From positions 20,342,451 to 20,406,450 of the forward strand of contig OZ316894.1 in assembly GCA_973895155.1 (NCBI GenBank): a stretch of 64,000 nt of DNA, in the 5' to 3' direction. Below, piece by piece: positions 36,328 through 50,006 of this stretch. The notes under the pieces are model-generated. The model was not told the origin of the DNA. It was given only the letters and a program-made list of their open reading frames with translations, and searched no databases. A program made the position numbers and the translations under genes. This DNA is from Marsupella aquatica (Eukaryota > Plantae > Marchantiophyta). Position 1 is the stretch's first letter; the number at the start of each line of letters is the position of its first letter.

Positions 36328-39300
36328 TTAGATTTCTACATTCACATGTTTCTGGTGTCTGTTGACTGGTTTATCAGGCCCGTCATCTTCCTGCATTTCA
36401 GTGAGTCTAGAAATGGCAACACTCTTCTCTTCTTCTGTAGCATCAGGAGCCTTGACTACTATCTCATAACTTTGCTCGGCAAATGGAAACTTCCCCTCCT
36501 TGAAATACATTTCGGCAAGTTGTAAGCGTGGAGCAGCTGCCTCCTTCACCTTCAATGATTCTAGATAGGCACCCTCAGCATCTCTGCAAACATTTCATTT
36601 TACATGAGTCACAATATCTAATTAATGTGCATATCCTTGAGTAACCACCCTTCATGCTCTTATTTTGCTCCATCAATTATTTTAGGAGGTTGGTGCTTTT
36701 GTCTTTGCTTGTCTAAGCTGAAATAGTTCAAAAGGCTAATTAGCATAAATAGAAAACAATATGATTATAAAAATTAAAAAGAACTGAGACGTGTTACTTA
36801 CTTGCAAGCCCCTCTTTATTATTCCAAAAAAAGGAGATGATTGGGAACTATCAATCTCAGCTACCGCTAAAACCAATTTTTTGGAATCTGTCCAGTGAAT
36901 TTTTCAAGACCTAGGTGTCACTCCTTGCTCTACCTGCAATGAGTGAAGAATATACCTGAAGTTTCCAATTGTGGCAAACCCTTGAGCAATTATGACCAAC
37001 AAGTCTGGATCCACAATGCATTTCAGGCTTTGTTGGTAGGAGACCTCTGCTTCATCATACCTTTCTGCCCTTAAACAAGTAAGAGTTAAGAAAGCCCAAA
37101 TCTTGAAGTTTGATGTGTCAAGTACATTTCCTTCAACCAATGCTAACTCTGCATGGTCTAGGTTTCCAGCATGAAAGTAGGACATGCCAGCACCCAACCA
37201 CAAGGCTGGACTAGTCGGTACGACTGTGCAACCCTTCAAAAAGACTTTTCTTGCATCTTCCCATTCTCCAAGCTTGAAATAAGAGTATCCCAAATCCAAA
37301 TAAACGTGCTTGTAATAATCTTGATCATCTTTAATGTATCTCTGATACTGCAAAAAAAATCAAGACAAAATTCTGAATATTTGCAGAAGTAAACAACTGC
37401 CTTGGGGATACATACTAGAACTTGCATCTATATCTATACTGAGTATAATATGCTAGGGAAATTTATGTTCGTGACCTTCTCCGTAGAGTAAGGCCATAGG
37501 CCAAAATTTGGTTGGTATTAATAGAAAATGTCAATATATTGACTACCTTTGTGAGTAGGGATGGGCATGGGGGGTCAGGGTACAAGGAGCCCTTCCTGTG
37601 CATATGCACAGTTATATGGGCTGGTGGAAGCAAAAGAAACAAGTCAAAGCATTTCCATATAGTATCTCTATTGAAGATAGCAAGCTCTCACTGAAATTTT
37701 GAATATCAGTTTTATATCCTTTAGTCAAACAAGTGACTCATTACATTACTGGACTGCCTTTGCTATATTTAGCTGTACAGGTGCCACCATATGTTAAAGT
37801 TCAAGAAGATCAGCACTAACTTCAATAAGAATTAGTGTATAATATTATGAGGCCTCGTCCCAGACTTACAAGATATAAGTTGAAAGGAGAAAACGTTTTC
37901 AGAAGAAATGACAACTCTGAATTCTTCAGGAGTGCTAAACATTATAGGCATCTTATTTAGGAGGTGAATTAATAGCAACACACCTGGTTAAATGCATCAA
38001 TGGCTCCCCGGTAAAGAGTGGTCTGAAGAGCAGTAGTATAATGGGGAGGAGGGTCGTAATTATATTTCAGGTGACCTAAAAGAAGCCAACTTGTTGGATT
38101 TTCTTTCTCCATTTTCAAAGCTTCTTTCAGAGCTTTTTTAGCCTTTTCTAATTTTCCACTCAACTCATGAATCCTTGCTCTACACCACTTGTTATCCAAC
38201 GTGCACGAGTACACTTCCACCTCCAATCCGAGAACCTGCTCTGCCTCTTTTGGCAGGTGGAGATCAAGTAACATCATGGCAGTGTCCACAAATACACCAC
38301 CAGTGTTTCGAGATGAGAGAGATAGGTTAGATATGCTGAAAGCAAAATTCCATAGAGAGCTCAATAGCTGATGGGGTGGACTATAGTGACTTTGTTGGTC
38401 TTGTCTTGATCTGTAAAGAGTTTCTGCTCTTTTCAAACAACTTCTCACATTAGCTTTCTTCTTTTGTGCAGCATACACCTGTTCAAGCAATATGTGCATA
38501 TACACCGTCATCCAATCACTGATCGTAATTGACACTCTTTTGTAACCGTATTTTTAGCCTGAGAGTTCAAATGTTGCACCATGGCTTGACAGCACTCCTA
38601 GTACTGTCAAGCATAAATAACAATGCAGATCATTCACCTGACTAACAAGGACCCAATTTATGTGTTCCTCTTCAGAGTGCAAGTTGATAGCATTCCGAAA
38701 CAATACTTCTGCTTGAGCCAGATATCCACGATGCCACAGTAGGCATCCCAATGCTTGTAGACTGAAAAGATGGTTTTTCTGCAAGGTAAGTGCTTCTCTC
38801 CAACACTCTTCTGCTTTTCCTTGTTCTTTTGGCCTAACCTGTATCCATTGTCAAGCTCATGTAAACTTCATTTCCAATTTATCACATTTTCATATGAATT
38901 TCTTTAAACATAATCTTCATGGAAGGTTTCTCGTCTGGTACTTGCACTGACTAGGAGAATTCTGTATTCAATCGTAATGGAAACAAGCAGAATGACCTGT
39001 TATGTGCGTCAGCCAGGCCACACCAAAATTATGTTAACTATGAACAAAATCATAAATGTTGATTTTTGTTTAGAAATCTTGCCTACTGTGGATACATAGA
39101 TCCTTCTACTTTTTGATGAGAATTTTGAGTTCAAACCAGCAAGAAGTGAAAAAGATTTTGGGAAAACTTACTCGCATGTAGAAACAACCATACTCAAACC
39201 AAATGTCTGGATCATAAAGATTGTCTCCCAACAACCGCTCTTGGTGACATCTGTTTGCCTCCTTGTAGTCCTCTTGTGCCTGATCAAGGTAACTTAGTGC

Positions 39301-42300
39301 TTCAAATTTCTAAAGAAAATTCAATGATCACTGCTGAAAAATTAGCAACAGATTAAAGTGCTGGTCTGATTCCACTAGTTTAGTTGAGTTATTTTTTGTT
39401 ATAGCAGGAAACCCGGTAGGAAATAGATCAAAGTTGGAGGCAAAAGTTCAAAATTCAGGAGTTTTGCATTTTCTGAAATACAGAGATATGCTTAATTTCA
39501 TGTCAACTTATAAGCATATCTCTGTATTTCAGAAATTTGAATCCTTTTATTGCAGCCAGTGGTGCCAGATTTATTTTGCTAAAAGACAGATTCAGTACCC
39601 ACTCCACCTGAATGTCACCTCTTCTTTGGCCTAAGTCTAGATGTGACAAGAGAAGATCTTACTAAGGACTTGTGGGTCCCTTTTTAATGCAAATGACTTA
39701 AAATAGAAATGGACCAAGGGGCCAGAAGAAGAGACCTCCAAGGTGGTCTAAAATCTAGGACAAAAGAGTGGTCCACATAAGCAAAAATCATGCAGGATTG
39801 GTAACAAGTTCGGTTGAAAGTGCCCCCAATGTTTTGTAAAGTGAACAGCAGCAGTTTCTCCCGAATGAATGGCTCTGATCAGATCTTGGAGACAAAAAAA
39901 ATTGGAAACTGCCCCCAATGTCTTGTAAAGACACTCTGAATCATTTTTTGTGAGTTGAACAGATCTTGCCACTAGTCCACAAATTAATCCAAACATCTCA
40001 AATTCGAAGGAAGACACCTGACACAAGATCAAATTGAGATCCCTGAGGTGCATTGAGGATTAAATTATGATGTGCTAAAACTTTTCACCAGAGGTTACTC
40101 ACTTCATATTCATCTGCCAACTGACGAAGTCTTGTCAAATTATCAAGTATATCTGTCTTTTTCCCATTTCTCTGCAATTTAATCAAAATTCAGACTTCAC
40201 AACTTCATACACATCACTTGGAACATTGCTCTCAAATTCATTTTAGTTCTTTATGATGTCTTTGTCCACTAAAAGTAGTTTTATTTGATAATGCAAACCA
40301 TAGCGACCAAGCAACCCACTAGCAGGAACAAGCCAAGTAGTAACAAAAACTAAGCCCTTGGTTAGTTTCTGAACTGACAAGAGGTCCAAGGTCGACCTAA
40401 AGCCAGGAGAGAGAAAAAGGTATTGTAAATCTGTGGGAATTTTTTCCTAAATGAGGTTCATAAACTGCACTTCAATCTATGAATCCCATGATCTTAGCCA
40501 TTCGCTGGGTTTGAAGATTGATAACTTAATTCAACATCTATAAAGTATCAGCTCATGCACAACCATGAGCTAAGACAATCATCACTAATGTACTGCCAAG
40601 AATTTCTATGCTGTATAAACTCATGGGCCGGGAAAGATTTGCTCTTAATTAACACGTGCTTGTCACTACTAACCTTAGCAAAGTAGGAGCGCAGAGCAAT
40701 AATGAATTTACTTTTTCCAGCATTTTCTTGAGAGTGTTGAATGTAACTTCTGATAGCGAAATATAGAGGTTGTTGCAAAACTCAAATTTCCCAATGTCAG
40801 TGGCAGCTCGTTTCCTCTCTCTGTACTTTTCTGCTGCAACTTTGAGAACTTTTGTTTTCATTTCCTCTCTAATGTCATTCCAAAGTCCTTGCTTTTGGAG
40901 TTGTCGCACCATTTTTTTTCTGATCTCTCCTTTTGTTTCAAATCTATACATGAAATCCACAAAATGAAGGAATTAGGTCATTTAAGAGATTTTTATTTGA
41001 AGCTACAACTCCACGAGACTGTACAAATTCTTCTCTTATGGGGACCACATCTATCTCTTCATCTATTCACGTCTCTTGATTGAAGTGTGTTAAACAGTTT
41101 TCCCTGGGCTAAAAAAAACAGCACCAGCATAATCTACCAACCCACTCACTTTAGCTTAATTTGTTCTGGATATTTGGGACTTCACAATGTTTTTGACAGC
41201 TTTGACCTTGGCTGTGACATGCATGGTTGGTCATGTAATTGGTTATCATCCTCACAAGCACCGGGATATTGAGTAAGATCTTTCAAGAAAGCAAATGGGA
41301 ATGAAGATATTAACAGTACTCCTTCTAAGATCCACTTTTCTATTTCAACAAATTAATCAACACTTTAATTAGTTCTAATCAAAGAAACTATCATTTGCTT
41401 AGCGCCATCTGTTTGGGGTCAGTCCTAAGTTAGCTCTCCATGTTGCTCTCCATGTTTTTCAGCACTCACTAATATCTATTCAGCAAACAAACTAATTAAA
41501 TCCATAAGTAATAGTTCATTTACATACTAACAAATCATTTGTTGTCTGCCTAGCTCCATCTGCTTGGGGTCAGTCCTTAGCTCTCCATGTTTTCCAGCAC
41601 TGACTAATATCTATTCAGAGAATTAATAATTAAATGGGTACAATGACGTTCATAAGTAATTGTTTTATACATACTAGTATATCATTTGGCATCTTGATAT
41701 GTCCATACTAACTGACCTTCTATGTTTTGGAGCATTTGGATCTCCCATGGTATTGGTCTCTTCATAGAGTTCCTTGGCTGTAAGGTCTTGGTGCATGTCT
41801 AGCAAATCGGATCCAACATACTCCACAAACTCAGCAAACTTGTCAATTGCCATTTGGACAGCATCATACACGGAGGCTTGCTTGGGCCGAGGAGGTATCA
41901 CGCTATCAAGGCTGAAATCTGGCTCTGGTGGGGGCTCCCATATGGGTTCCATTGGCTTGCTAGCTTGAATTCTCATTTCAAGTAAAGCTTCAGACAATTG
42001 CCAGGCATTGTTGGGAAGAGGATGGTCCGGGTCCGCACATACTGGAAGAGGGGGATCGTCATCCACAAGGACTGGCTTTGGCTGTTGCTTTTTCCCACCA
42101 CCTTTAGGACTTGTAGGCTTCCCACTGGCCTTGGGACTTGTAGGCTTGCCACCAGGTTTGGGGCTTGTTGATTTGGCAGTAGGAGGTGGAACACTAGCAG
42201 GACCTTGAGGTTGAATCAGCGGTATGCCAGCTCTGGTCCCAACCAAAGAATAGCGCTGAAGAGGTGTTTTGAGCTCAAAATAGAAACAGCCTTCTTCCAA

Positions 42301-45056
42301 GAAAGGAGATAGATCCAAGAAAAAGCAGCCATGATACTTGTCAAAACTAGTGTCAGTGACTTCTGATGAGGATTTAGCAACTCTAGCTATCTCACCTCGA
42401 AAGAGGCGACCAAGCTTCACCAATCCCTTCAGCTCTTGTATTGCTCTGCTTGGATAAAGTCTCTTCACAACAATATGATCTGGCCACTTCATGACTGCTT
42501 GTGGCTCGAGCTCAGAATCCTTTTTATCAAGTACTGAGTATGGGTCTACAAGCTTGTCCGTACTTGAAACATATGCTGTCTCTGACTGCAACAACCTCCT
42601 TTTCAATTCCTCTGCTTCCATCCTCTGCATCCTCTCCTTTGCTTCTGCAGCAAGTAATTTTTCCCAAGTCATGGCATCCTGAGCAGCTTTTGCCTCTTGG
42701 GATTTCCTGATTGCCCTAAGCTCTCCCTCAAGTGATCCTTCTGGAGGAATTATGCTTGGCCTTCTGTCTGGCTGGGGTTCTACTGCCTTCACTTCAACTT
42801 TTCCTCCCTCAAATTTTACTTGTGCAATAGAAGCCTTTTCTTCAGGGTTCAAGTAGTTTATTTCATCCCACCAACCTAGGCCAAAAAATCCTGGTAGCTC
42901 CAATGACAATGTGTAGCTAAAAGGGTCAACTGGAGATTTCAACCCAAAGTCTACTACCTTTGGTGGAAGATTCCGCAACATGCCAATGTCAAATTCCACC
43001 ACCACACCATCATGAATATCATCTTCAGACCAAAATGGAGTTGTGGTTGATAGAGAGACTTTTACCTCTGCTCCTTCCAGCAAGGTGGGCATAGTTTCAA
43101 TTGGAGGAGCTTCCGCTTCTCCCTTTCCCTTTTTGGTCTTCTTGCTTCCTTTCTCCTCAAATTTTCCTGTCTTTTCTTTAGCACCTTTTCCACCTACACA
43201 AGATTGAAGAGACAAAGCATGATTTGAAGTTATGTTACCTGGGGATTTCATCTTTAAAAAACATAGGAACCACATGCAATCCAAACTAGGTAATTTCATA
43301 TTGTCCAAGAATATATTCTCCTTATGAAATGGGGGTATTAAATTAGGTCAAGATTGTACATGGTATCCAAAAATATGTTGTTAGCCCCCAAGTATGTTGA
43401 TGTAAGCCTATTTTCATACTTTAACGTACTGTGACCTCACTTGAAGCTCAATCTATGTAACTACTCATTCCTAGTGGACAGTTCTTTTGATAGTGACATC
43501 CTTATGTGTAGGGGTAGAAGTAATGAAGTTTTGTGTAGTATTTTTTCTCAAGAGTCTCTGTTATTAATCCCATTTGGATGTAACCACGAAAACTTAGTAT
43601 GACAATAAATTTAACTCACTGGGAACATTTTGCAGCTCTTCACATTGGGTTCTTAATATTTGAAAGGAAGAAATCTGTGCTTGTCAACATCTCAAATCAA
43701 ATGTGCTAAGATGTTTTTGCAGATGGGTGAGCAATATCATTGTTATTTCTTGTTCATTTTCTCAGTTTAGATGACATTAGAGGTACATTGATATAAGATT
43801 CTTTTTGTTGTTGTACAGTATATGTTTCATGTCAATCAATCATTCCTTTTAGCTCCTGTTTGAGTAAGGGCATTAGTTGTGAAAACATAAAGACAATAAT
43901 ATTCTGAAAAGCTAAAGATAGTAGAACTTGAAGCCTTTTGAGATGGCAGTCTCTTGCATTGAGTCTTTGATCATTATTTCACTCTAAATTAGTCAAATTG
44001 AGTGGTGAAGAAATGTCTATTAAGTTTGGATTTGAACACACCTTTTTTGGGCTTGTCTTGCTTTTCATCCTCTATGGGCACAGGGGGCTCTGGGATTTTC
44101 TCTAGCTTGTAAGAAGCCAATAGTTCACCTTCTCTGAGTGCAAGCACTGGAAAGGTATCAATACGGGCTTGGGCAAATGGTAATCGAATGGCCCCAGTTG
44201 GAGAAGTCCAATACATGGTAACTATTAAGGGCTCCGTCAGAAGTTTATGCCAAAGAGCATAATTGGACACCACATCAAATTCCTTTGGTGGAATGTTGGC
44301 AAATCTTGTAGTTGGAGGTGGTGGTGGTTCATGTAAATCTTTTTTAAGAGGCTCTTCTGGCTCATCTAGGTCAGTGTCACCCTCTGGGGGTTCAGAAGGA
44401 GGAACCCATGGATCAGGTGCTACTTCTGGCTCAATTGCTTCCCCAATTTCTGGGCCAATTTCTTTGGGAGGTGGAGGAGCTCCAGGAAATTGGAATGAAA
44501 ATGATGCCTTGGACTTTAATTGCCGCTCTTCAATTGCAAGGGCATCGGTCATGTTTGGAATGACGACATTGTCAGAATTTTCATCCTTGCCACTAACTTT
44601 AGTTTTTTTAGCAGTGACATCCTTCACAATATTGTCTTTCTCGCCTATGGGGGCCTTCTCCCCAGTGTCTTTCTCCCCACCACTTCCTTTCTTTGTTTTA
44701 GCTTTTGCTGAAGATATCTTGTCTGCATTGGTAGAATTGAGAGGTAGTTCTTTCTCTGCATTTTCAAGAGGATCTCCCTTTGGGCCTCCCTCTAATGCCC
44801 ATGGTTGCTCTGCTGATAATATTTTCACCACAATGGCATATCTGGTGGAAGGAAGCGTAAACAATATTATTAAATTTATAGCCAGAAAGGTAATGAATAC
44901 AAGACAAATTTAATTCTGTTTGAAACAATCACATTGAATTGAGAGCAAAGTTTGAGAGGTAGGAAGAACTATCACTCACCTAGGTGGAGGTGGTGGGATC
45001 TCATCCACAGGAATGGTGATGTCATCCTCTGTTAAAGGCCACTCTTTTGTCTCCAT
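36328..45056 (-). CDS. CFAP70: Cilia- and flagella-associated protein 70 (TTC18; C-terminal TPR repeats), 10 coding exons
   Basis: Phase-consistent GT-AG exons on the minus strand: 45056-44980, 44841-44042, 43193-41717, 40943-40712, 40171-40103, 39279-39172, 38838-38638, 38478-37984, 37347-36956, 36583-36328. Motifs DKYHGCFFLDLSPFL, VIPPRP, LRQLADEYE, HQERL...IWFEYGCFYMR, KAEECWREAL and LWLGAGMSYF...AELALVEGNVLD..N..IWAFL match the CFAP70 organisation as recalled. Confidence 0.85.
41400..41620 (+). repeat. Intronic tandem duplication (~150-bp spacing)
   Basis: CCATCTG(T/C)TTGGGGTCAGTCCT...TAGCTCTCCATG...CAGCACT(C/G)ACTAATATCTATTCAG appears twice inside CFAP70 intron 3. Confidence 0.7.
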
Positions 45057-46054
45057 CGCCAGAAAATACTATGTGTAAAAGTTTCAAATCTCAAGAGTCT
45101 TTGACATGTTTTAGATCAAACCTCTCCTGCTCCACATCAATAGTCCTACTAAATTGACCAACAGCTATGATCATTTATAGGAACTCTGGTGGCCAAGAAG
45201 GAAACCATATCTCTCAAAAAGGTTATCAATGTACCACAACTCTCTAATATCATAACTCAAAACTTGGTGCAAGAAAAGTCAAGGAGTCCTGGAAATGTCT
45301 GAGGGTCACTCTCTACCAGGGTAGATGTGATTTGAATGGGGACACTCTCGAGTATAACTACTATGGTCTCTCCGCCTATATTACACCAACAAAGAAGCCC
45401 TATTCGTAATCACACATCAAACTGTGGTAATACACGGTGTGCACTCATTGATTCAAAGAAAATAACCAGGTTCATCATGGTATGGAGGGATGTCCTACCC
45501 CAGATATATCATATTTTGATGTGCAGTTACCGGGACCCACGAAGAACTAGACTAGTACACTCACCATCCTCACCATCCTCACAACAGATTGAGAATAGTC
45601 TAACTTTGACTGTGCCTTGCAACTATTATGGTTGGTACAAGAGTTTTGGCACACTATCAATGTTTGGCAGGTTCCCTTTGCTACTGTACAGTCAAATTGT
45701 AGTTGGACACATCTGTGACATCGTGAGATGAGATGGTTCAAGATTTTTAGGAAGATATTTTTTAGGAAGATATATTGTCTTCCCTGTTGGAGAAACTTAA
45801 GTCTAGTAATAGGCCATCAATGTGGGAAATTTTGAATACAGTAGTCTCTGTTCCCACTGCATTGTGGGCTATAATGTCCTTAAAAACAGGGCTTTGGCCC
45901 AGGAATTGAGGAGCTGTAACAGACCCTAAAGAAATGTTTATTTGTATTTTTGAGTGCACTAATTTTCCATATTACCTCCCTTCTTTTGAGGAGAAGATTA
46001 TGTACAACACCATAAATGTAGGAAATGTAAAAGCCAAATATAGTTTTACCCTAT

Positions 46055-46081
46055 AATAATAATAATAATAATAATAATAAT
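46055..46081 (+). repeat. (AAT)n microsatellite
   Basis: About 9 AAT units read directly. Confidence 0.9.
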
Positions 46082-47767
46082 TCTATCCAATATCACAGGA
46101 CTTGTTTTTAACACCTTTCATGTTTTTTGGCCAATTGCATAGCAACCACTTCCTGCATGTCCCTTTAACTTCAATTTTCTATTTCAAAGATGCACTTTTC
46201 CTTGTCCCCTACCAGAAAATCATTCAAGTGTTTACAATGTGTATGTACTAGTCAAAACTTGGGCTACCGCCCTCACTTTGGGGGGGCATTATATCTCACA
46301 ATGCTCTCCACCCAGGACATTATCATATTCATAATGCCCTGGTAACAAGGAGTCAATATACTTTTATCCCTGAAAGATTTTTATTTTGACTACTTCTGTT
46401 TGTTTTCCTCGTCACAGTTTAAGACAATCCCCAAATTTATGCAAGTTTAAATATCATTCTCTTTAACAAGAGACAAATGAAGGACAAATCTCAAAATACC
46501 CTTGCACAGCCTTTGATGGCCATTGTCTTCCATAAAGTACACAAGAATACAGAGAATAATCTTGAAAGGATTTGAGTACATGGTAACGTCCTGTTTGTAG
46601 GGCATTGTGGGCCACAACTGACCCCAAACTACTGCTGCGGTAACTACTGTAAAAATTCATATCCTTAAAGGCATAAGAGATAATTATTCTTTAGTAAAAG
46701 CAGAGGAGAAGTTTCATAATGCAGTGATCCAAGTCTTGACTATGCAATTTCTCCATAAATGCACTGAAACTTACAAAGAGAAAATGCTGGAGGGCATTAA
46801 GAATAAAGAATGCATGTCAAGTGATGTGTACTTGGCCAAGCTATTGGGTGACTGTTGGTTTTGTCTCCTAGTCTACATTTTCAATATGCTTGAGAGAGTC
46901 TTACTACCATGGACCATAAGTTTGGACCCATATGTTACAAGCTTGTTGGGACTACAATGCCCCGAGGAGCCTCAAGGTTTGCTCATATGTTTGGATGGGC
47001 TTTTGAATGATTTGTGTACAAACATTGATTTGCTTGAAGACATGTTTTGCACTAAAGATTCAATTAGTGTAAACCAAAATCTAACTGGTGACTATGGATG
47101 ACCAGCTTTCTAGCTCAAATTCTCTGAACCACTTAATGTATCAAGGCTCAGACTAGCTGGTCAGAAAGGACATCGAATGATTTATCCAACAAACTGGATT
47201 TTGCTCGATTCCAATCAGGTTTGCAAGCGTTGTGAGCTCCAAAAGCAAGACAGACAGGTTTAACGACTTTCTCTACTTGGTTAGGCAACCAGTCTGACTA
47301 CCTTTTCACGTCATCATGACTGTAAAGCAGGCGAGGTCTGTCCAAGTCAATTGGTTTGGGGCAAGCCCTATCCACGTTTCCACTTTGCCTTTTATGTGTG
47401 TGTAAACAAATAAACAACAATTTAGTAAATTTGGATCCACAGACACAAAATTCTAGTGTGTTAGTATGAAATTCCCCCCACAAATGGTCCATTCGGATTG
47501 CCGCAGTCTACCCATTTATTTCTATGAGATATTGGGGGCCATCTAGCTTCTTTTTTCCACAAAATATGCGTAGCATCAGAATGCTTAGGTTTAAATGAAA
47601 TTGTAGCTTCCATGAACCACAAGATTTGACCTCGGGACACCCATAAACCAAAGAAGTTTGTTTAAACACCCAGAAAAGACGATATTTGCTTGATCGACCC
47701 AAAATGAAACTTGTTATTTGATTAACCCTCTGAGGTCTATCAAGGGCCCAAATTGAGGAAAAGTATA

Positions 47768-47864
47768 GAGGGGGTTAATTAACAAACTTTTTCCAAAAAG
47801 GGGTCTACTAAGCAAAGTATCGAGGGGGTTAATTAACAAACTTTTTCCAAAAAGGGGTCTACTA
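47768..47864 (+). repeat. 54-bp-period tandem duplication
   Basis: GAGGGGGTTAATTAACAAACTTTTTCCAAAAAGGGGTCTACTA occurs twice. Confidence 0.85.
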
Positions 47865-49023
47865 CGCATATCTCTCCCAAGAGAAAAGTGACACTCAGAA
47901 AAGTGAGCATTTATACAAAAGAAAGATCTTACCTCAGTAATAAGAAACGCTAGAATGGTCCACACCAATCATATTGTCAAACGTGGTGGTCCACGGGAAT
48001 TCAGTTTATGTTCGAAATATTAAATCGAGTATTAAATTATTCAAAATCACTCCCGAAGTTTTGGAACACGTGTCAGTGCGCATCGACTGTCCACGCACGC
48101 AGTCAAAGGTATTCCCGCGCTTTTCCTCGTCTTTCTTTCTTTCTCCTCCTCTGTTCTCTGCTCAAGAGCAAACGATGCAGATTTCTTTTCCAGTTTTTTA
48201 GTAAGAAACTTGTCGTTGGGTGTCGTCTAGCGGGAACTGCACATTTTCAACTTTAGATCGGAGGCAACCTTCGGTCTGTCAATCATCATATTCTGTCTGC
48301 CATTCTGCGCCGATTCGCGTAACGTTCCATGAGTACCCCTCTGCTGCATTGCTGCTCGTTACACGATTCATTCCATCTCATCCACACCCAAAGAGCTGCT
48401 GGCTGCTGCTGTGCTTCTGCATCATTCTGCCTAGAGTACTACCGTATGTACCGTACTCTCTCTGCAGGCCCACAGTCGAGGGGTGAGCTGTGTGTGAAAA
48501 GCGAGTTCACAGATTCTAGCTGATGCCTTGATTAGCTTAAGACGAGCGATTTGGAATTGAGCGATTGGATTTGCGCGAGGGTTTAGCTGGCAGGAGACTT
48601 CTGTAGGAGAGAGAGTTTACCTTCAGAGCAGGAGAGAGAGAAGGTAAACGCACTCGGGAAGGTTGTACAGTACTGTAGTGAACTGGTGATGCCCTGTTGA
48701 TCATGTGTTGTTGGGTCGGTAAGGGAATCCTATGCTGGGAGATAATTGGGGGCGCATTTGCAGCTGAAGAGTGTTTTACATCAGTGGTTCGCACATTTTC
48801 TGGAGAGAGTTTGCAACTGCAGAGTGGGCGTTCATATGTCTTGGAAGACGACTTCCCAGCTTCAGAGGGAGTCCAGTTCAGTTAAATTAGATCGGATTAA
48901 CAACACTTCCCACATTGAGAGGAAGTTTGGTTCAGTTGAAACGAGATCGGATTATTAGTGGACTATCTTGGGGTATGGTTGTTGAGCCCGAGAACGACGT
49001 AGTCCGAGCCCGTGAGCGAGAGA

Positions 49024-49152
49024 TTAAGTAGGTTGGCCTGGTACAGTGCATTGCCTGGAACTTCGGGAGGTACTGGATACTTGAGGAGTCGAGGGAAAGG
49101 GAGAACAGTGCATTGCCTGGAACTCTGGAAGGTACTGGATACTTGAGGAGTC
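49024..49152 (+). repeat. ~63-bp-period direct repeat in the TAG upstream/leader region
   Basis: CAGTGCATTGCCTGGAACT...GTACTGGATACTTGAGGAGTC occurs twice. Confidence 0.8.
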
Positions 49153-49181
49153 AAGGGAACGAGAGAGTGTGCGTGTTTACA

Positions 49182-49184
<3 letters not shown>

Positions 49185-49230
<46 letters not shown>
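49185..49230 (+). repeat. (GA)n microsatellite upstream of the TAG-like gene
   Basis: About 23 GA units. GAGA tracts are common in plant 5' regions. Confidence 0.95.
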
Positions 49231-49235
<5 letters not shown>

Positions 49236-50006
49236 GAAAGCAGGCTGACTGGCCTACCGGTTGAAACGAAGCTATACATAGACAATCAAGGTTCCTGTCT
49301 TCGCTCCCACTCGGTCCTCAGTCGCTGCTCTGCTTGCTCTGCTGTACCATTGCTGGTGTCGAGAGAGGACTATCTAGCGGACAGAACAGCAGGCACCGTT
49401 TGGCTGTTTAAAGTGTGACAGGCACGATCAACTTCTCTTGGCAGCGGTTCCGGTTTATTGACTAGTCTGCAAGCAAGCAAGCAAGCAAGCAATCAAGCGA
49501 GCCCATTCTGCTCTTTGCAGTCAGGCGTCTTGGTTGTTTCAGGAAGGCAGGAAGGATCCGGTCAAGATCACTGCGTGCACTATTGTGTGACAGAAAAAAG
49601 GGAACATCAAGCTGGGTTTGCGTTTGGATTTCTGACTGAGGGACTAGAGGGGACGGGAAGATCAGACGATCGGACTCTGTTTTCATCTGGAATTCTTACT
49701 GACGAGCAGCGAGAGGTCGATCAGCAGCTGAGGTCAAGATAGGAGCAGCCAAGCTTGAGATACTGCCAAGGAAGTAGTCTTCGGTGTGCTAAATTCGAAG
49801 AAGTCATATCGAGGATATAGAGCAAGCGAAATGAGTCTGCATTTTGTTCGGTGAGCAGTGAGCCTCTGAGCATTAGTCTAACTAATTTAGAGAGGTCAAG
49901 GATTGGAAGGAAAATTTCTGTTCGGCAGAACAATTATGCTTTGCTACAGATAGAGATAGTCGAGAAGAGGTTGGTCTGGGAGAGCATCATAGAGAGTCAA
50001 AAAAAC

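Noticed and set aside
44263-44913. 216-aa Gly/Ser-rich plus-strand ORF
   Set aside because: Antisense shadow of the Pro/Glu-rich CFAP70 exon 2.
46724-47150. 125-aa ORF between CFAP70 and TAG
   Set aside because: No recognisable motif or splice support; probably decayed repeat sequence.
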